15,807 nt of DNA from Tubiluchus corallicola (Eukaryota > Animalia > Priapulida), in NCBI GenBank assembly GCA_030141605.1, contig JAQGDQ010002075.1, positions 1 through 15,807 of the forward strand, in the 5' to 3' direction. The notes under the pieces were generated by a model. The model worked only from the letters and a program-made list of their open reading frames with translations, had not been told where the DNA came from and searched no databases. A program made the translations under genes and the position numbers. Shown in pieces: positions 10,797 to 15,807 of the stretch (the stretch's first letter is position 1; every line of letters begins with the position of its first letter).

Positions 10797-10917
10797 TGCG
10801 TTTTCAAAGCAAAAATCCAATAATTCTGAAGTCGCTAATGTTCTCACGGAAAATATCACAGGAACAACGTTTATTGTGTTAATGTGTCAGTGGCTAACCT
10901 GTGTGACAAATGTTTTA

Positions 10918-11052
10918 ATGTTGCTGTTGTTGTAGTTGTCGTCATCATCATCGTCGTTGCCGCCGTCGTCACCAACATCGTCACCATCATTATCACCTTG
11001 ATTACCATTACCATTATCATTGAAATTATTATTATCATGGATTGTTATTATG
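10918..11052. repeat. Degenerate trinucleotide low-complexity tract (GTT/GTC/ATC/ACC/ATT)
   Basis: Yields the poly-V/I ORF 10884-11096. Confidence 0.85.
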
Positions 11053-11076
11053 ACTGGAGTAACATATTCATTTTAA

Positions 11077-12018
11077 AGGAAAGGTCAATCCTTTAGGAGG
11101 TTAGGCTTATTTCAATGTTTGGGCGCTTCCAATTTGAATGCTCATTCTTCTTCCAATGACGTCATTCGTCTTGAAGAATAGTAACGCACTGTCAATCTTC
11201 ATCAAAAGTGTAATGTAAAGTATAATATAAAGTAAGTTTTTACAAAAATCAGATGGCCAATTTTGTAATATTTTTACGTGAACATTAGGTAAGCTGCAGA
11301 AGTTTCAATTACTTACGGAAAATCACGAAGTTTCCCAGTTACGTCATGATTTTTAAGTGAATGGCGGAAACCACCGAAAATTTCTATTCAGAGGTAGTAT
11401 GTTTTAAACTTATGATTGATAAGCATGTTCTTTGCAAATTTCTTTGTTATATTTTCTAAGTTTAAGTGATAACAGTAAAATAAACCCAATATACTGAGTG
11501 ACTTGTGCTTTCCTTTAGTACACCACAAACAGTTTAAGTGATAACAGTAAAATAAACCCAATATACTGAGTGACTTGTGCTTTCCTTTAGCACACCACAA
11601 ACAGTTTAAGTGATAACAGTAAAATAAACCCAATATACTGAGTGACTTGTGCTTTCCTTTAGCACACCACAAACAGTTTAAGTGATAACAGTCAAATAAA
11701 CTCAACATACTGAGCGACTTTTGCTTTCCTTTAGCACACCACAAACAGTTTAAGTGATAACAGTAAAATAAACCCAATATACTGAGTGACTTGTGCTTTC
11801 CTTTAGCACACCACAAACAGTTTAAGTGATAACAGTCAAATAAACTCAACATACTGAGCGACTTTTGCTTTCCTTTAGCACAGCACAAACAGTTTAAGTG
11901 ATAACAGTAAAATAAACCCAATATACTGAGTGACTTGTGCTTTCCTTTAGCACACCACAAACAGTTTAAGTGATAACAGTAAAATAAACCCAACATACTG
12001 AGTGACTTGTTGCTTCCT
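11077..12018. mobile_element. Putative second Kolobok-type non-autonomous element containing the 72-bp array
   Basis: TTAA 11073-11076 followed by AGGAAAGGTCAA; right end TTGTTGCTTCCT followed by TTAA 12019-12022. Array units carry TTGTGCTTTCCT (reverse complement AGGAAAGCACAA, 10/12 to the left end). Single copy in the window. Confidence 0.5.
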
Positions 12019-12020
12019 TT
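11460..12020. repeat. 72-bp minisatellite, ~7.8 copies
   Basis: Unit GTTTAAGTGATAACAGTAAAATAAACCCAATATACTGAGTGACTTGTGCTTTCCTTTAGCACACCACAAACA; units 4 and 6 share a variant haplotype. Confidence 0.97.
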
Positions 12021-12022
12021 AA

Positions 12023-12690
12023 AGCGCAAGAAAACCATCAAACTTACACAAAGCTTAAAAAATTCGTTTTAAATTTTTTCACCACCTGCATACTGCCTTT
12101 TTGCATACAGGACTTGCGCTGACAGTAATGTTATATAAAACTTGTAAATTTAAACTCCTGCAATAACCGTTAGATGCAGCCATTTTGATGGTAGGTCATT
12201 TGCAACAAGTTTAGTTAACATTGCGTGAAAAAATAATCAGAGCATTCGTGGCGCACACGTCACTACCTAAGTAAAATTTTAAATTAATGTATCTTGTCAA
12301 TAAGACTAAAATACGTTTTTGGTTAGTGAGTGGCGCACCCCGGAGGCTGAGTCAGTGACATTTTACCAATTGACACGAACACTTTAAATTATTATTTCTA
12401 GTTACATAAGAATTTCCAGCAGGTAAGAAAAATGCTAAGTAATATAACTTTGCATGGAAAGTTTTTTGGGACATAATTTAACATTTTCTTTTCTTCCCCT
12501 GATTTACGTTGTGCGTGTATGACGTCATGTAATGGCGCCGTCGAAACAGTATTGCGAGAGATTTAAAATGAAAACAAACAAAAAATCCTTTTAACGCGAG
12601 TACGATATATGTATAAAATAGCTGTAAAATAATATAATTTTTAAAGTGATTTTTTCTGAAACCTACTTCAGGTACCCCTTTTCTTGTCCT
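12023..12690 (-). mobile_element. Non-autonomous Kolobok-type DNA transposon, copy 2 (inverted relative to 940-1612)
   Basis: TTAA at 12019-12022 and 12691-12694; TIR AGCGCAAGAAAA vs AGGACAAGAAAA; end-to-end reverse-complement match to copy 1. Confidence 0.87.
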
Positions 12691-12921
12691 TTAACCATTA
12701 AACCTGTCAGCTGGCGTCATCTACCAGCTACGACCACAACTATAACGTCACGGGTGACTGAAATAACATGTATAAAATAGCTGTAAAATAATATAATTTT
12801 TAAAGTGATTTTTTTAAAATCTACTTCAGGTACCCCTTTCTTGTCCTTTAACCATTAAACCTGTCAGCTGGCGCCATCTACCAGCTACGACCACAACTAT
12901 AACGTCGCGGGTGACTGAAAT
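12609..12921. repeat. ~159-bp tandem duplication spanning the Kolobok terminus, TTAA and flank
   Basis: 12609-12764 is repeated at 12768-12921, including TTGTCCT|TTAA|CCATTAAACC. Confidence 0.93.
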
Positions 12922-13700
12922 GAACCGGACAGTGCAGTTTACAATAATCGTTTTCGCTACAGGCTTTCACTGCAAACCCGTGATGAATTAAAACGAAGTT
13001 AGCGTGTAATTGTTTGACTATCGAGTTTTTAATCCCTGTTAATGCAAATGTCATACTTGTTACTGAACAATGTGTGTCATCAGTGATGAAGTAGATACGT
13101 GGGTTCGAGTCTTCACGTGGGTCTTTTGCCAAAATGGGAACTTGGCCATTCATAATTTTTTTTCAAAGTGTGCAGACATTTTGCAATTGTAAAGCTACAT
13201 TATCAATTGATTAAATTTTTCATTTTGTTCAAAGGTTACTGGAAGCGACGAACTCGGTTGCGTCTGTGGTTACCAGCTTTTCCAGAGACATCACACAACC
13301 ATTAAGAACAGTTGCACAGTTTCTAAGACAAAATGTGAAATAGAGGCCCACAAAATAGGGAATTACCACTGTAGTGCTAGTGTCTGCTGCTAGGTAGAGA
13401 AAATACTGTCGCTCACACAGTGTATTGTCAGTTGTCACGTGCTTGAAAACCGTGTACCGGAATATTCTTGAACTGTGACGATTTAGGCTATTCGTAAGCA
13501 AATAATATTATTTTGTTTAGGATTTTATCAAGTTCATGTATAAATTTTCATATGCTTGTTTGTTTAAAATTACAATTACACTACAAAATTAAAATTACAT
13601 ATGTTTGTCTCATTTTACACAGTATTAAAACAATGGCTAAAAATTTTCTGAAGTACCACTCGCAGTAATTTTAGCTACGAGCCACCACTGTTTGCAATAG
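12852..13700. mobile_element. Possible degraded piggyBac-type non-autonomous element
   Basis: TTAA|CCATTAAACC at left (12848-12851) and CAATAG|TTAA at right (13701-13704), with weak subterminal inverted similarity. TTAA plus YY start is piggyBac-like. Confidence 0.25.
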
Positions 13701-13757
13701 TTAAGTTATTAAATCACAAATGTTGATTATTCTACGTCATGACTGTAACGTCATTAA

Positions 13758-15807
13758 AGTACAAGACAATTACTAGACACAAGAAAGAGTTGCATCATTT
13801 CATTATAATCAAGCACATCGATTTTTTTGTACAAAAAATAAATCATTTAAATGAGGGGTGATTGTAATAATTATGTACTTAATTACCTATAACTGTAGTT
13901 AATTATGTACTTAATTACCTGTAACTGTAGTTAATTATGTACTTAACTATAACTGTAGTTAATTATGTACTTAACTACCTATGACTGTAGTTAATTATGT
14001 ACTTAACTATAACTGTAGTTAATTATGTACTTAACTACCTATAACTGTAGTTAATTATGTACTTAATTACCTGTAACTGTAGTTAATTATGTACTTAACT
14101 ATAACTGTAGTTAATTATGTACTTAACTATAACTGTAGTTAATTATGTACTTAACTATAACTGTAGTTAGTTTGTTTTTTGTGTTAATTATGTACTTAAT
14201 TACCTATAACTGTAGTTAATTATGTACTTAAGTACCTATAACTATAGTTAATTATGTACTTAACTACAACTGTAGTTAATTATGTACTTAACTATAACTG
14301 TAGTTAATTATGTACTTAATTACCTATAACTGTAGTTAATTATGTACTTAACTACCTATAACTATAGTTAATTATGTACTTAACTACCTATAACTGTAGT
14401 TAATTATGTACTTAACTACCTATAACTGTAGTTAATTATGTACTTAACTACCTATAACTGTAGTTAACTACCTATAACTATAGTTAATTATGTACTTAAC
14501 TACCTATAACTGTAGTTAATTATGTACTTAACTACCTATAACTGTTGTTAATTATGTACTTAACTATAACTGTAGTTAATTATGTACTTAATTACCTATA
14601 ACTGTAGTTAATTATGTACTTAACTACCTATAACTATAGCTAATTATGTACTTAACTACTATAACTGCAGTTAATTATGCACTTAACTACCTATAACTAT
14701 AGTTAATTATGTACTTAACTACCTATAACTATAGTTAATTATGTACTTAACTACCTATAACTATAGTTAATTATGTACTTAACTACCTATAACTGTAGTT
14801 AATTATGTACTTAATTACCTATAACTGTAGTTAATTATGTACTTAACTACCTATAACTGTAGTTAATTATGTACTTAACTACATATTAACTATAGTTATA
14901 GGTAGTTAAGTACCTATAACTATAGTTATATGTACTTAAGTACCTATAACTGTAGTTATATGTAGTTAACTACCTATAACTATAGTTATATGTACTTAAC
15001 TACCTATAACTATAGTTAATTATGTACTTAACTACCTATAACTGTAGTTATATGTACTTAACTACCTATAACTATAGTTATATGTAGTTAACTACATATT
15101 AACTATAGTTATATGTAGTTAACTACATATAACTGTAGTTAATTATGTACTTAAGTACATATAACTATAGTTAATTATGTACTTAAGTACCTATAACTGT
15201 AGTTAATTATGTACTTAACTACCTATAACTATAGTTAATTATGTACTTAAGTACCTATAACTATAGTTAATTATGTACTTAAGTACCTATAACTGTAGTT
15301 ATAATTAAATTATAATTAACTTAGTTATGTATGAATACTTAATTAACTATAGTTAATTATGTACTTAACTACCTATAACTGTAGTTAATTATGTACTTAA
15401 CTACCTATAACTATAGTTAATTATGTACTTAACTACCTATAACTATAGTTAATTATGTACTTAACTACATTTATAGTTAATTACTTAATTAACCACAGTT
15501 GTAGTTAATTATGTACTTAATTAACTACAGTTATATGTAGTTAACTACCTATAACTATAGATTATAGTTAAGTACTTAATTAACTACAGTTACTTAGGTA
15601 GTTAAGTACTTAATTAACTATAAGTTATAGTTAAGTACTTAATTAACTACAGTTGTTAATTATGTACTTAATTAACGGTTATAGGTAGTTAAGTACATAA
15701 TTATTACAATCATCCCATTATTTAAATGATTTTATTTTTGTACAAAAAAAATCGATGTTTTTGATTATAATGAAATGATGCAACTCTTTCTTGCCTCTAG
15801 TAATTGT
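13758..15807. mobile_element. Long-TIR (foldback-like) non-autonomous element enclosing a satellite; probably Kolobok-type; right end runs off the window
   Basis: 13766-13893 is reverse-complementary to 15678-15807 with few mismatches. The left side is preceded by TTAA (13754-13757) and AGTACAAGA, resembling the AGCACAAGA terminus at 940. Confidence 0.8.
13868..15702. repeat. 32/28-bp quasi-palindromic AT-rich satellite (~1.8 kb)
   Basis: Unit TTAATTATGTACTTAACTA(CCTA)TAACTGTAG; regular to ~14880, then mixed-orientation and scrambled. Confidence 0.97.

Noticed and set aside
9624-10935. Short ORFs antisense to or out of frame with the GPCR
   Set aside because: Shadow frames of a GC-richer coding region with no recognisable motifs; only the uATG aspect is retained as a finding.
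11388-12041. Cys/His-rich 217-aa ORF resembling a zinc-finger or LRR array
   Set aside because: 24-aa period comes from the 72-bp satellite, spacing does not fit C2H2, and the unit is better explained by transposon-end sequence.
12878-13501. 91-aa and 90-aa minus-strand ORFs as transposase remnants
   Set aside because: No recognisable DDE, THAP or zinc-finger motifs; lengths are compatible with chance.

Overview
AT-rich, repeat-dense eukaryotic DNA that looks like an invertebrate animal, not a prokaryote. There is one convincing protein gene: an apparently intronless class A (rhodopsin-like) 7TM GPCR on the minus strand (9699-10658) with several non-canonical activation motifs. The rest is mostly non-autonomous DNA transposons and tandem repeats. 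These include two inverted copies of a ~670-bp TTAA-flanked Kolobok-type element (940-1612, 12023-12690), a chain of further TTAA-bounded elements from 11073 to the window end, and a short-TIR MITE family present in several copies. There are also fold-back/inverted-repeat structures, two large tetranucleotide microsatellites and six minisatellites (units of 45, 21, 59, 23, 72 and 32/28 bp). The most interesting pattern is that three tandem arrays appear to be built from transposon ends or interiors, and TTAA elements are stacked end-to-end on shared target sites. All other listed ORFs appear to be artefacts of repeats or alternative frames. I see no CRISPR array, transposase or structural RNA gene. 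I do not find a clearly new biological system; the findings are structural observations and hypotheses, and alignments and mismatch counts were done by eye.
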